Positions 40,774 through 50,621 of a stretch of DNA of 64,000 nt are shown here, piece by piece (position 1 is the first letter of the stretch; every line of letters starts with the position of its first letter). Both the position numbers and the translations under genes were made by a program. The stretch lies in assembly GCA_041657955.1 (NCBI GenBank), contig JBBABA010000006.1, positions 64,566-128,565 on the forward strand. Direction: 5' to 3'. The stretch comes from Thermoplasmata archaeon (GTDB taxonomy: Archaea > Thermoplasmatota > JASEFT01 > JBBABA01). The notes beneath the pieces are model-generated. The model was not told where the DNA came from, searched no databases, and saw nothing but the letters and a program-made list of their open reading frames with translations.

Positions 40774-42234
40774 TTATATATCAAAATACTGGTAATGTTC
40801 CCAAGGTGAAACATATACGCAGTAGTCGTTCCATTCCTTCCATTTTAGTTTTAAAAATTGTTCGAAAGAGTGTTTTCCAAGCGATTTTCGAACTACATCG
40901 TCTGTTTCCAGTTTAGAGAGTGCATCTCCGAGAGATGATGGTAATTGCTTAACGTTCAGTTCTCTTCTTCTTTCTTTGGATAACTGATATATGTTCTCGT
41001 TTATCGGCGGACCCGGTTCTATCTTCTTTTTTATTCCGTCTAGACCACACTGTAAAAGAACCGCAAACGTCAAATATGGATTGGCGGAAGGGTCCGGGTG
41101 CCTAACTTCGCAATTTATCTTGCTTGGATTGTCTATGTGCGCTGGGATTCGTATTAATGAACTTCTGTTTCTAACCGACCACGTGATATATACCGGTGCC
41201 TCTGAATCCGGAACAAGCCTTCTGTAGGAGTTTATCGTTGGGTTTGTAATGGCAGTCATCCCTTCAGCGTGCTCCAGAATGCCACCCATGAAGTATCTTG
41301 CAGTCTGACTTAAATTATATTCGTCGTCCTTGTCGTAAAATACGGGTTTACCTTTACTTTCCAAAAACATGTGTGCGTGCATACCGGAACCGCTGTCTGC
41401 AAATATCGGTTTTGGCATGTATGTGGCAAGCAATCCGTATTTCTTGGCGATTGCCTTTGAAACGAATTTGTACAGCATTGAAAAATCCGCAGCAATCACA
41501 GGCGAGGGGACTGCCTTAAATTCTATCTCAACCTGGCCGCTTCCTCCTTCATGATGATGGTATTTCACTGGAACGCCAAGTTTCATAAGTGTGCTCGCAA
41601 ATTCATTCCTGTATTCGTTTGTTTGATCGACAGGCGGTGCTGCGAAATATCCTCTTTTTGGTTTTATAAAATAATCGCTCGCCGAGTAATGCTCCAGCAA
41701 TTCCGGAATTACTTTTATGCTTCCCGAGCCGGCCTGACTGTCTGTGCTCCAGATATCGTTTTCGAGTATTGCCGCGTTCATAGATTTAAAAACATAGAAT
41801 TCTAACTCTGGTGAAATCCATGCTTTGTCGTATCCCATCTTCTGGGCGGCTTCCATTGCTTTTTTGGAAATATATCTTGGGTCACCCTCAAACGGCTTGA
41901 AGTCGGAACTCTCGTAAGCATCTGTGATTACCCTTGCTGTCTTCTGTTCCGGTTCGCCCCATGGTAAAACTACAAGTGTTTCTGGGTCAGGCACAGCAAG
42001 CATATCGGAATCGTCAACAGCTCTGAACCCTCTGACCGAAGAGCCGTCGAAGCCCATGCCGTGCTGCCATACTTTTCCGTTCAAGAAATCTTCTACGGGA
42101 CATGTGAATGAGCGCAGATGCCCGAGCAGATCTGTAAAATGGCCCTGCACCCACACAACCTTGTTATCTCTCAGATTTTTATTTTTTTGCGCGATTATGT
42201 CTCTTGAAGTTTCTTTTTTTGCCACGAATATCAC
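40774..42234 (-). CDS. Glutamine synthetase family paralogue (486 aa).
   Basis: GS beta-grasp and catalytic motifs (GFDGSSV, KPIFADSGSGMHAHM, NPYLTF). It is divergent from the glnA at 37457. Confidence 0.7.
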   Translation of the reverse strand: MIFVAKKETSRDIIAQKNKNLRDNKVVWVQGHFTDLLGHLRSFTCPVEDFLNGKVWQHGMGFDGSSVRGFRAVDDSDMLAVPDPETLVVLPWGEPEQKTARVITDAYESSDFKPFEGDPRYISKKAMEAAQKMGYDKAWISPELEFYVFKSMNAAILENDIWSTDSQAGSGSIKVIPELLEHYSASDYFIKPKRGYFAAPPVDQTNEYRNEFASTLMKLGVPVKYHHHEGGSGQVEIEFKAVPSPVIAADFSMLYKFVSKAIAKKYGLLATYMPKPIFADSGSGMHAHMFLESKGKPVFYDKDDEYNLSQTARYFMGGILEHAEGMTAITNPTINSYRRLVPDSEAPVYITWSVRNRSSLIRIPAHIDNPSKINCEVRHPDPSANPYLTFAVLLQCGLDGIKKKIEPGPPINENIYQLSKERRRELNVKQLPSSLGDALSKLETDDVVRKSLGKHSFEQFLKLKWKEWNDYCVYVSPWEHYQYFDI

Positions 42235-42332
42235 CCAGGCAATATTTCATTGTTGTTTCCGTTACATTGTTTTCATTAGATAAAGTTTTTTATGAGTTTG
42301 AAATGAACTCGACCGCACTTAATTATTCAAAT

Positions 42333-43463
42333 TCATCTTTGTAAAATCGGCAATCTGCTTTTCAACGCGATAGCCTTATTCGGACACATTTCATGACAGC
42401 AATAGCAGAGAACGCATTTTCTCCTGTCAATTTTCGAGATTTTACCTTTTTCGCCTATTAATATCGCCTGTACTGGACATGCCTTTTCGCATGCATGGCA
42501 TTTTATGCATTTGTCCTCCAAAATAAACGGCATTCTTTTTGGAATAATTACTTTTGCCGTACAGGCAACGCTTTGCGGTATGTAATTAATTATTTTATAA
42601 TACCCTGCGGGTTTTTTGAATCTTATTTTTACATTTTTTATGCTTTCTCCGACTATTTCGATGTTTTCCAATCTCCCTTCTCCCAATCCACGCGATGATG
42701 CTATTCTCGTCGTATGGATTTTGAGCGGTTCAAATTCAATTATAGCCGAACAGACGGCATCGACGGAAACACAATCATAACCCGCGGCTATTAGGTTGCT
42801 TTTTATCGGTTTGCCTGCAGATGGCCCCGAGCCTTCCATTCCCAATATTCCGTCCATAATCGCCATGTCCGGTTTAATCATTGAATAAATATCTACGACT
42901 GCTTCGCTGAACTTCTCAGATGAAGTAGCAGTGTAATGCGTATGCCGCTTCATTGTAGAGGGGATCGCACCGTAAAAATTCTTGACCGCGCCAGTATAGA
43001 TAGTAAGCATATGCGTCTTTAACTTTGGAAGAGAGATAATCACATCCGCATCAATTACGGGTTTTGCGACTATAACTGATTTCAAAATTTCTCCGTTTGG
43101 ATTATCAAGTTTATACATTCCACTTTTCTCGAAATTAATCAACTCTACACCGTTTTCGTTAGCGATTTCTTCTATACCGGATGCTTTAAACGCTGTTGAT
43201 GTTGAATAGGCGGAGCCGCAACCATCGCCTATAACCGGAATCCCGCCCGCTTCTTTAACCAAATTTATCATGGTGCGTATAATTTCTGGATGCGTGGTTA
43301 CCGCCGCTTCCGGGGGTTTCGGCATAAGAACGTTCGGTTTTAACAAAACAGTATCGTCTTTTTTTACTATTTTCTTCATGCCGCCGATTAATTCGGCTGC
43401 TTTTCTGACAGCAGCATCTGCCTTGGCATAATCTTCGCATTTTACGATAGAAACGATGCTCAT
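42333..43463 (-). CDS. DUF362-domain protein fused to a 2x[4Fe-4S] ferredoxin domain.
   Basis: The N-terminal region has the DUF362-like architecture. C-terminal CIKCHACEKACP and CVLCYCCHEMCP. Confidence 0.6.
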   Translation of the reverse strand: MSIVSIVKCEDYAKADAAVRKAAELIGGMKKIVKKDDTVLLKPNVLMPKPPEAAVTTHPEIIRTMINLVKEAGGIPVIGDGCGSAYSTSTAFKASGIEEIANENGVELINFEKSGMYKLDNPNGEILKSVIVAKPVIDADVIISLPKLKTHMLTIYTGAVKNFYGAIPSTMKRHTHYTATSSEKFSEAVVDIYSMIKPDMAIMDGILGMEGSGPSAGKPIKSNLIAAGYDCVSVDAVCSAIIEFEPLKIHTTRIASSRGLGEGRLENIEIVGESIKNVKIRFKKPAGYYKIINYIPQSVACTAKVIIPKRMPFILEDKCIKCHACEKACPVQAILIGEKGKISKIDRRKCVLCYCCHEMCPNKAIALKSRLPILQR

Positions 43464-43533
43464 CGTTTAGTGATAAGGCGTTGGTATTTATAAAAGTATA
43501 ACGCAAAATGAATTGTAATTATAAGTAAAGCTT

Positions 43534-44316
43534 TCATTGATTCCTGAACGAACCAATCTTATTTTTCCTTTTGTTCATGTCGTCCAATATCTCTTTGATT
43601 CTTTGATTTATCTCGGCGATAACCACATTCTTTTCATCGATAGTTTTAACAGCGAATACAAGAGCGAGTTCCGTGGTTTTCTCACCCCTTTGCGTTACAT
43701 CCAATCTCGGCTCGAAATATTGGTCCAAATATTTTTTTACTTTGTGGCAGCTTTTTAGGACTTCATTTTCAAATTCCGGTAAATCGATTTTGTTGTCCAC
43801 TACAATGGAGACGGCGACTTCTTTTCCTACGTTTGATGTTTTATTTACAAATATTTCTGTGAGTAGCAATCTGTTTGGAATACTGATAAGTTCTTCTTTT
43901 TCTGTAATAATTATCGTATTCATGATGTTGATTTCTATAACTTTACCCGAGTATCCTTTTACTTCGATAACGTCACCAATTTTATACGGCGAATATACCT
44001 TTGAAAATGAGGCGATGGAAGCGCTTTGAAGGATGTCCTTTGTTGCAACAATGAAGCCAGCGCCGAGTAAGCCTATGAAGATAAGTAGCGTATTTATCTG
44101 AAAGTTAAATTGCGTGACTGCCACGACCAATCCGACAAACCATATCGCCCATATTACGTATTGGCTAACTACTGTTGCTAAATATGGAGATGTTGTTACA
44201 AGGGCTCGTCTGGCAATTCTTTTGAATATTAGGGTTATTATATACGTTGCAATTATTACGAGCGCGAAATTTATTATTTGGAAAATAAATGGATCTAATT
44301 CGTTCGATAGAATCAT
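43534..44316 (-). CDS. Small-conductance mechanosensitive channel (MscS family).
   Basis: Three N-terminal TM helices followed by an MscS beta-domain (GDVIEVKGYSGKVIEINIMNT). Confidence 0.65.
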   Translation of the reverse strand: MILSNELDPFIFQIINFALVIIATYIITLIFKRIARRALVTTSPYLATVVSQYVIWAIWFVGLVVAVTQFNFQINTLLIFIGLLGAGFIVATKDILQSASIASFSKVYSPYKIGDVIEVKGYSGKVIEINIMNTIIITEKEELISIPNRLLLTEIFVNKTSNVGKEVAVSIVVDNKIDLPEFENEVLKSCHKVKKYLDQYFEPRLDVTQRGEKTTELALVFAVKTIDEKNVVIAEINQRIKEILDDMNKRKNKIGSFRNQ

Positions 44317-44423
44317 ATTTTACGATATGTATTTTTACATAATAAAGTTTTATAAGTTTTGACAGTTCTTCAATTTAACGAGTCAGTATAGCAAAATTAA
44401 TATTATATACACACATATAGCAA

Positions 44424-45101
44424 TTGTCAGGGGATGGGGGTTTGTCGACAAAAACTGTCAAAAACAACGTATTTGTCTTTTATACAAGCGTATATCAAAA
44501 TGAATTAACTGGAGAAACGGCAAAAAACCTAAAAGAGTTTGTTGGTTGCATAAAGAAAATCGACGACACGTCTCTTTTTTACCATTTATATAGTTCACTT
44601 CTTAGCCATCATTTTGTACCTCCGGAATACCCCAACGATTTTGCATACTGGACTGCAGACACTTTGCAAGAGTTCGACCTTGCAGAACGCCTTTCTAGTT
44701 TGGATCTCGGCAAAACTACAGAAATTGCCATTCTTAGAAGAAAAATTGTAAACATAATTGAAAAACACATAAAATCCAATGGTTCCAGAACTGTTCCCGA
44801 AGGGGTCGAGTTCCACTTTCTTAAACGTGTAATAGTGATCCTTCCCACGGCATATACCGCCAAAAATTTAAAAGAGTTTACCGGTGTCCTGGAGAATATA
44901 GATACAAAATCTATTTTTTATCATTTGTTCGTTTCGAAACTTCTCCTTAAACGCCGAGTAAATGATTTTTCATTGTGGTTGGAACGAAACGGTAACAAAA
45001 AAGCAGCCGAAGCGATTTCTAAGATAGACCCGTATGATTATAGAGATCTGAATGATGTTAGGAAGAAGATGGTCAGTGCTTTGAAAGAACATAAACGATA
45101 A
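44424..45101 (+). CDS. Hypothetical protein with two internal sequence repeats, translationally coupled to treT.
   Basis: Repeat 1 AKNLKEFVGCIKKIDDTSLFYHLY and repeat 2 AKNLKEFTGVLENIDTKSIFYHLF. The stop overlaps the treT start (TAATG). Confidence 0.5.
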   Translation: MSGDGGLSTKTVKNNVFVFYTSVYQNELTGETAKNLKEFVGCIKKIDDTSLFYHLYSSLLSHHFVPPEYPNDFAYWTADTLQEFDLAERLSSLDLGKTTEIAILRRKIVNIIEKHIKSNGSRTVPEGVEFHFLKRVIVILPTAYTAKNLKEFTGVLENIDTKSIFYHLFVSKLLLKRRVNDFSLWLERNGNKKAAEAISKIDPYDYRDLNDVRKKMVSALKEHKR

Positions 45102-46339
45102 TGGTGGCGTGCATGGTTCTCCCTTTGCGGAAATATGAAAAAGTTGTCGGAAAAGAAGAAATAGACGATATCCTCGCGCTTTCAGAAAAACTTCGTGGGA
45201 AAAGGATACAACATATAAATTCCACTGCGGTCGGCGGGGGCGTAGCAGAAATATTGGCGCGCATGGTTCCGCTCCTAAACGAGGTTGGAATTAGAACTAC
45301 GTGGGACATTATCAAAGGTGGCGGGGATTTTTTCAAAGTTACAAAAGCGTTTCACAATGCACTTCATGGAAAGAGCGAGAAAATTGACAAAAATATGTTT
45401 GACATATATCTCAGAAACAATGAAATCAACGCAGAAAATATGAATATCGGTGCCGATTTTGTCTTCATACATGATCCGCAACCAGCGGCATTAATTGACA
45501 CTGTAAAAAGAAAACGAGGCAAGTGGATATGGAGATGTCATATCGATGTTTCTAGGCCTCAATTGGACGTGTGGCAATTTTTGAAGAAGTTCATAAAGAG
45601 ATACGACGCGGCGATATTTTCCACTCCTTTCTTTGCGAGAAAGGATTTGAGTATCAGGCAGTTTATGGTGCCGCCTTCAATAGACCCGTTCAGTGAAAAA
45701 AACAGAGAAATATCTGAAAAAGAGATTCAAACAGTTTTAGAGAAATACGATATCAATCCAAACAAACCGATAATCACACAGATATCCAGATTCGACAGGT
45801 TAAAAGATCCTTCTGGTGTAATAAAAGCATACAGGATTGTTAAACAACATATGGATTGTCAATTAGTTTTGACTGGGAGTTTTGCCACAGACGACCCCGA
45901 AGGTCTAGAGGTATACCGGGAAATCCATAAAATGAAGAGAAACGATAAGGACATTCATATACTCGTGCTGCCGCCCTTTAGCGATTTAGAAATTAACGCG
46001 CTTCAGCGAGCATCCACTGTCATTGTACAAAAATCCATAAAAGAGGGTTTTGGCTTAACGGTTGCAGAAGCACTTTGGAAAAAGAAACCAGTTGTTGCGA
46101 CTGCTACTGGTGGCATTACACTTCAGGTAAAGAACGGTTTAACAGGATGCCTTGTGTACTCAATAGAAGGCGCAGCATACAAAATAAAATACCTATTAAA
46201 TAATCCAGAATTTGCGAAGAAACTTGGAACACGTGGAAGAGAGTATGTCCGACAAAATTTTCTTCTTACGAGACACTTGAGAAACTATTTAACAGTAATA
46301 CACGCGATCGAAAATGAATCGAATATCATTAACCTATAA
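45101..46339 (+). CDS. treT: Trehalose glycosyltransferring synthase (TreT, GT4).
   Basis: Strong similarity, recalled from memory, to Thermococcales TreT over the full length (NSTAVGGGVAEIL, HDPQPAAL, WRCHID, PPSIDPFSEKN, EGFGLTV). Confidence 0.8.
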   Translation: MVACMVLPLRKYEKVVGKEEIDDILALSEKLRGKRIQHINSTAVGGGVAEILARMVPLLNEVGIRTTWDIIKGGGDFFKVTKAFHNALHGKSEKIDKNMFDIYLRNNEINAENMNIGADFVFIHDPQPAALIDTVKRKRGKWIWRCHIDVSRPQLDVWQFLKKFIKRYDAAIFSTPFFARKDLSIRQFMVPPSIDPFSEKNREISEKEIQTVLEKYDINPNKPIITQISRFDRLKDPSGVIKAYRIVKQHMDCQLVLTGSFATDDPEGLEVYREIHKMKRNDKDIHILVLPPFSDLEINALQRASTVIVQKSIKEGFGLTVAEALWKKKPVVATATGGITLQVKNGLTGCLVYSIEGAAYKIKYLLNNPEFAKKLGTRGREYVRQNFLLTRHLRNYLTVIHAIENESNIINL

Positions 46340-46408
46340 TCGTTGGCAATTGTCCATATAATCCCTACAACAATAAAAAATGGAGCAATATCGTATGGAG
46401 TAAAAATT

Positions 46409-47803
46409 ATGAAAACATCGTTCGATATTTGTGTGAGTTCGCAAACACCGTTAGTAACGTTCAAATTGACCTCCGAAGAACTGACTAAAAAATACGGCAA
46501 ATTCTCGGAGCCAATCGACATAAAAAATCTCAGGGAATCCGTAGATTATGATTTCACGCCTGGCGGCGTACCTAAGATGGTTCACCCATCATTAAGAGAG
46601 ATGAAAGCACGTGGGATTGTGAACAAAGCATTTTGGGTGGCACTAAATCAAATCGGACCTAGTCAAATTCTGGTGGATAATATTGTCGGCGTCCACGTAA
46701 AATTAAGAACCGAGATACGGGGCGGGTATGGCGCAGCTAAAGAAACCTTGTGGAAAATTATTCACGGGATAGGCGAAGTTATTAAAGATCCGTCCACAGT
46801 CACATGGGGTGAAGATTATCTGTCATACCAGTATTACAACCGCCTGTGCAGCGAAAAAATGCTCGCGCTTCACAAAAAAGAAGATTTCGACATGTTCTAT
46901 GTCCACGATTTTCAAAATCTTCTTGTCGCTTCTATCCTAAGAAGTGTTGTAACGCCCAAGGTATTTAGGTGGCACATACCATTTAACGAAAAATCGATAC
47001 CGCCAAAATGGTACAGATACCTCTCCAAATATTTCGGATATTACGACAGCATAATAGTGAGTTGCAGAAGATATGTGGACATCTTAAAGAACGTTGGCTT
47101 TAAGGGAAAAATGTACCAGGTGTATCCCCATTTGGACGAGAAGGCGTATTGCAGACCGTCACAAAATGCGGTAGAACAGCTTTGTTATAAGTATGGGATA
47201 GAAAGTGACGATAAGGTTATCCTAACTGTTGCCAGAATGGATCCGATGAAGGGGCAAGATATAGCGATAAAGGCGATGTCACAGGTTGTAAAACGTATTC
47301 CGAGCGCTAAATTATTGCTGATAGGCAACGGAAGTTTTTCAAGTTCTAAAAAAAGCGGTGTCGGCCTATCTAAAGCAGACAGCTGGCGCGAAAAACTTTT
47401 AAAATTAACTCAAGAACTGCATATCGATCAAAATGTGATATTCGTCGGGCATGCGGAGCACAAAGAATTAGAATGTGCATACGCAAGATGTGATGCTACA
47501 TTATTACCGTCTACAATGGAAGGATTCGGTTTGGTGGTGATCGAAGGCTGGTTGTATGAGAAACCCGCAATAGTCAGCTCAGAGGCGGGCGTGGCTGAAC
47601 TTGTTAAAGATGAAAATAGCGGGTTAATCTTTAATTCCGGGAACGATTCGGAACTCGCCGAAAAAATTACTGATTTGCTCTCGAAATCAGAGGTTGCAAA
47701 CGATCTGGGCGAGCGCGGATTTGAATGCGCAAAGAAATGTTATCTTGAAAATGGAGTAAAATCTGTTTCTGAAGTATTACAAAATACAATCGAAGGCCGG
47801 TAA
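46409..47803 (+). CDS. TreT-like GT4 glycosyltransferase paralogue.
   Basis: Same architecture as TreT (VHDFQNLL, RWHIPF, EGFGLVVIEG). GGAG SD before the ATG at 46409 (the tracker start at 46343 is a TTG). Confidence 0.6.
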   Translation: MKTSFDICVSSQTPLVTFKLTSEELTKKYGKFSEPIDIKNLRESVDYDFTPGGVPKMVHPSLREMKARGIVNKAFWVALNQIGPSQILVDNIVGVHVKLRTEIRGGYGAAKETLWKIIHGIGEVIKDPSTVTWGEDYLSYQYYNRLCSEKMLALHKKEDFDMFYVHDFQNLLVASILRSVVTPKVFRWHIPFNEKSIPPKWYRYLSKYFGYYDSIIVSCRRYVDILKNVGFKGKMYQVYPHLDEKAYCRPSQNAVEQLCYKYGIESDDKVILTVARMDPMKGQDIAIKAMSQVVKRIPSAKLLLIGNGSFSSSKKSGVGLSKADSWREKLLKLTQELHIDQNVIFVGHAEHKELECAYARCDATLLPSTMEGFGLVVIEGWLYEKPAIVSSEAGVAELVKDENSGLIFNSGNDSELAEKITDLLSKSEVANDLGERGFECAKKCYLENGVKSVSEVLQNTIEGR

Positions 47804-47817
47804 TTTAAATCATAAAT

Positions 47818-48495
47818 TTAAGCCTTAACTTTTTTATTTTTTAATGCCATATCTATAAACTCGGCTACACCCGCGCCGTACGAATTCTTGCATATAATAT
47901 CGGCGTTTCTTTTCAAAAGTTCTACTGCATTCGCTACAGCAACTCGCGTTCCCGCTACAGAAAACATCTCCAAGTCGTTCTCGCCGTCGCCAATAACCGC
48001 AAGATTTCTTTTGTTTATTTCGAGAATCTTTAGTGCTTTTAGAAGTCCGATGCCTTTATCGACGTCGGGTGGCAGAAGCATCATTGAATCTATGTTGCGA
48101 ATTAACTTCACGTTTATATTTTTAGTTTCAATAATTTTCAGTAACTTTTTCTCGTATTCCACTTTAGTCGAAGCTATAACCTCGCCGAACTCTATCGGAA
48201 AATCTGCATTGTCCAATAGGGTTCTGAGATCTAGATCGATGTTGGACGTTAGAATTTTTTTGTTTCCTTTTTGGAAAAACAGCACCGCACCGTTCTCTGC
48301 CACCAATATGTCAGCAATACCGTATTTTCTGTTTAATTTCGTCAAAAAATCCGTAGTTCTTCCAGAAACAACTATCGTTGTTATTCCATGTTTTCTTGCA
48401 AGTCTTAATGATTTAATGCCTTCTTTGGAAATTTCTAAAAAGTTATCCGTTAGTGTCCTGTCGTAATCACAACCAACGGCGAGTATGCGATTCAT
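47818..48495 (-). CDS. HAD-IIB (Cof-type) sugar-phosphate phosphatase.
   Basis: Motif I DYDRTLT, a cap region, and motif IV GDGENDLEM. Confidence 0.65.
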   Translation of the reverse strand: MNRILAVGCDYDRTLTDNFLEISKEGIKSLRLARKHGITTIVVSGRTTDFLTKLNRKYGIADILVAENGAVLFFQKGNKKILTSNIDLDLRTLLDNADFPIEFGEVIASTKVEYEKKLLKIIETKNINVKLIRNIDSMMLLPPDVDKGIGLLKALKILEINKRNLAVIGDGENDLEMFSVAGTRVAVANAVELLKRNADIICKNSYGAGVAEFIDMALKNKKVKA

Positions 48496-48513
48496 GGTCT
48501 TTCCGCCTCTCGT

Positions 48514-48981
48514 TTAATCTACAAAAAACTTCTTTGCCTCTTTTATTATCTCCAAACTGTTAAGTTCGCCCACTAAATGCCCTTCGTCGTCTATAACCGG
48601 CAGATCGTTCAGGTGATTTTCAACCATTAACTTGGTTGCATCGACTAGCGCATCCTCTTTTGTCACTGTAATCGGTGTTTTGTTCATAAAATCGTCCACA
48701 TCTTCCTTAAAAATTTCACCTAGAAACTTAAAAAAAGAAGTCAATCCCTCTTTTCGTGCCCCGGTTCTATATCCTACCTGTCGCAAGAGTGTTTCTATTG
48801 TTATTGTGCCGACCAATTTATTCTCTTTGTCTACAATATATACCTTACGTGTTATCGGCCTGTCCACTAGCGCATCCAGTGCCTCCCTCAATTTTGAACC
48901 TTTTTTAGCAACAGCGGGCTTAGTTACCAGAAGGTTATATACATCCCCCACTAGCAAGTCCTTGAAATCCTTTTCGATCAT
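48514..48981 (-). CDS. CBS-domain pair protein.
   Basis: Two CBS motifs (VYIVDKENKLVGTIT, LPVIDDEGHLVGEL). Confidence 0.7.
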   Translation of the reverse strand: MIEKDFKDLLVGDVYNLLVTKPAVAKKGSKLREALDALVDRPITRKVYIVDKENKLVGTITIETLLRQVGYRTGARKEGLTSFFKFLGEIFKEDVDDFMNKTPITVTKEDALVDATKLMVENHLNDLPVIDDEGHLVGELNSLEIIKEAKKFFVD

Positions 48982-50537
48982 TTACATTTACCTCCTTTTT
49001 CTTCACGCAGATGAACAACTTGTTGTGGGTATGGTATCTCGATGCCTTCTTCGTTGAATCTATGATAGATGTTCGTATTTAGATAATCCTTAACGTCAAA
49101 CCTGTATTTTCTGTCGGTTAGCCAGACCATAACAAAAAAGTTTATGCTGTATTCTGCCATCTCCTCGAATCGGATTATCGGCTTCATGTCAGGGTTATTT
49201 CTGATTATATACTCGCATCCATTTATCACCTCGCGGATGATTTTTTTGACCTTTTCTAAATCGCTGCCGTAAGCCACGCCAAATGTCATCATTACTCTGC
49301 CTTTGTCTTCCGGGCCAGAAAAGTTTGCTATCTTTTCGTTTGCAAGTTTATTATTCGGTATAGATACGATGCTTGCATCCGAAAATCTGAACAGCTTTGT
49401 TGACCTCAATCCTATTTTGCGGACTTCGCACCAGTCACCGTCAGCCAAAACAATGGTATCCATTTCTTTGAATGGCCTGTCTGTCAGCAAGAAAATGCCG
49501 CTGAAAAAGTTGGATAATGTTTCTTGCGCCGCAAATGCCAGCACCATGCTGACGACTACGCCGCCCGCTATGAACATTGTCAAATCCAGCCCTATGTACC
49601 CCAAAATATAGCCAAGCGCCAGAAGCCCTATGGCAACCGTTCCGATTTTCTCGACCACAGGTATGAGGAAGTCGTCAATTTGCGATGCTGTCTTTTTAGC
49701 AATTATTTTTCCGTAATACAATAAAACGTCTTTGAATATTCTATATGCAACATAAAACACAACAAGTGTGGCGCCTACGCGGTATATCTGATATATGTAA
49801 TTTAAGGCAACTTCTGGTATATACTGATCTAACGCGCTAAGGGACGCGATAAAGCCATACAAGAATATCAAGATAAGGACCGGGATGCGTATTATTGATA
49901 ATACAATATTGTCAACCCTATTTTTACTTTTTTTAGTCAGCCTTCTTGCCAGCGGGTCCACTATGCAGATTACAAGTGCGGATATGCCGAGCCACGCCAA
50001 TATGTCAACGAGGAAAACGCCGAACTCGTTGTTTAAAGGTGCGGGCAGCGGGTTTTTAAAGCGGTCGAAAATCTTTTTTTCCTCAGGTTGAGGCGGCGAT
50101 TCGGATGTCTGCGCCTCTGCGTGTTTAGTTTCTATCATTATGGCGCTGTTATTTTGAAGGACTGTGAATACCACAGTTATGTTTGCATAGCTGTCATAAT
50201 CCGCGGGAGAGAGCGTGGTAATTGTTGCAGTGATTATTCCATTTGGTGTCAATACGGCGATGGGTGGATTAGCGCTCGCAATCCATTTTTGGTTAGAAGC
50301 CGTTGTGTTTATGTAAACAGTGTATGTAAAATTATATATGTCTACGTCCCGCATCGTCCAATTGAAGGTTGCGTTTTCTCCGGGATTTACTATTTTCGTA
50401 TAATTGTCGATTTCGAACATTTCGATTGGCTGTTGCGCCGCGAAAACAGCTTTGGCAGAGAAAATCTGTGTGATTATGATCAGTGAAAATAAAACTACCC
50501 AGTACCTTTTTTGGTATCCAAACATACGATTTTTCAT
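48978..50537 (-). CDS. MscS-family mechanosensitive channel with an N-terminal extracytoplasmic domain.
   Basis: Signal/TM, a periplasmic domain, a TM bundle and an MscS core (FLLTDRPFKEMDTIVLADGDWCEVRKIGLRSTKL). It overlaps the CBS gene by 4 nt. Confidence 0.7.
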   Translation of the reverse strand: MKNRMFGYQKRYWVVLFSLIIITQIFSAKAVFAAQQPIEMFEIDNYTKIVNPGENATFNWTMRDVDIYNFTYTVYINTTASNQKWIASANPPIAVLTPNGIITATITTLSPADYDSYANITVVFTVLQNNSAIMIETKHAEAQTSESPPQPEEKKIFDRFKNPLPAPLNNEFGVFLVDILAWLGISALVICIVDPLARRLTKKSKNRVDNIVLSIIRIPVLILIFLYGFIASLSALDQYIPEVALNYIYQIYRVGATLVVFYVAYRIFKDVLLYYGKIIAKKTASQIDDFLIPVVEKIGTVAIGLLALGYILGYIGLDLTMFIAGGVVVSMVLAFAAQETLSNFFSGIFLLTDRPFKEMDTIVLADGDWCEVRKIGLRSTKLFRFSDASIVSIPNNKLANEKIANFSGPEDKGRVMMTFGVAYGSDLEKVKKIIREVINGCEYIIRNNPDMKPIIRFEEMAEYSINFFVMVWLTDRKYRFDVKDYLNTNIYHRFNEEGIEIPYPQQVVHLREEKGGKCK

Positions 50538-50621
50538 ATATTTCCCACCTTGATTTATATAATCTAGATTGTGTGAAGATTGGCTATTCCCCTATATAAA
50601 ATCACGTATGCACGATTTCAT

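Noticed and set aside
40774-42234. The second GS homologue as a type III GS.
   Set aside because: 486 aa is far too short for GSIII (about 700 aa). The motifs align with GSI-type.
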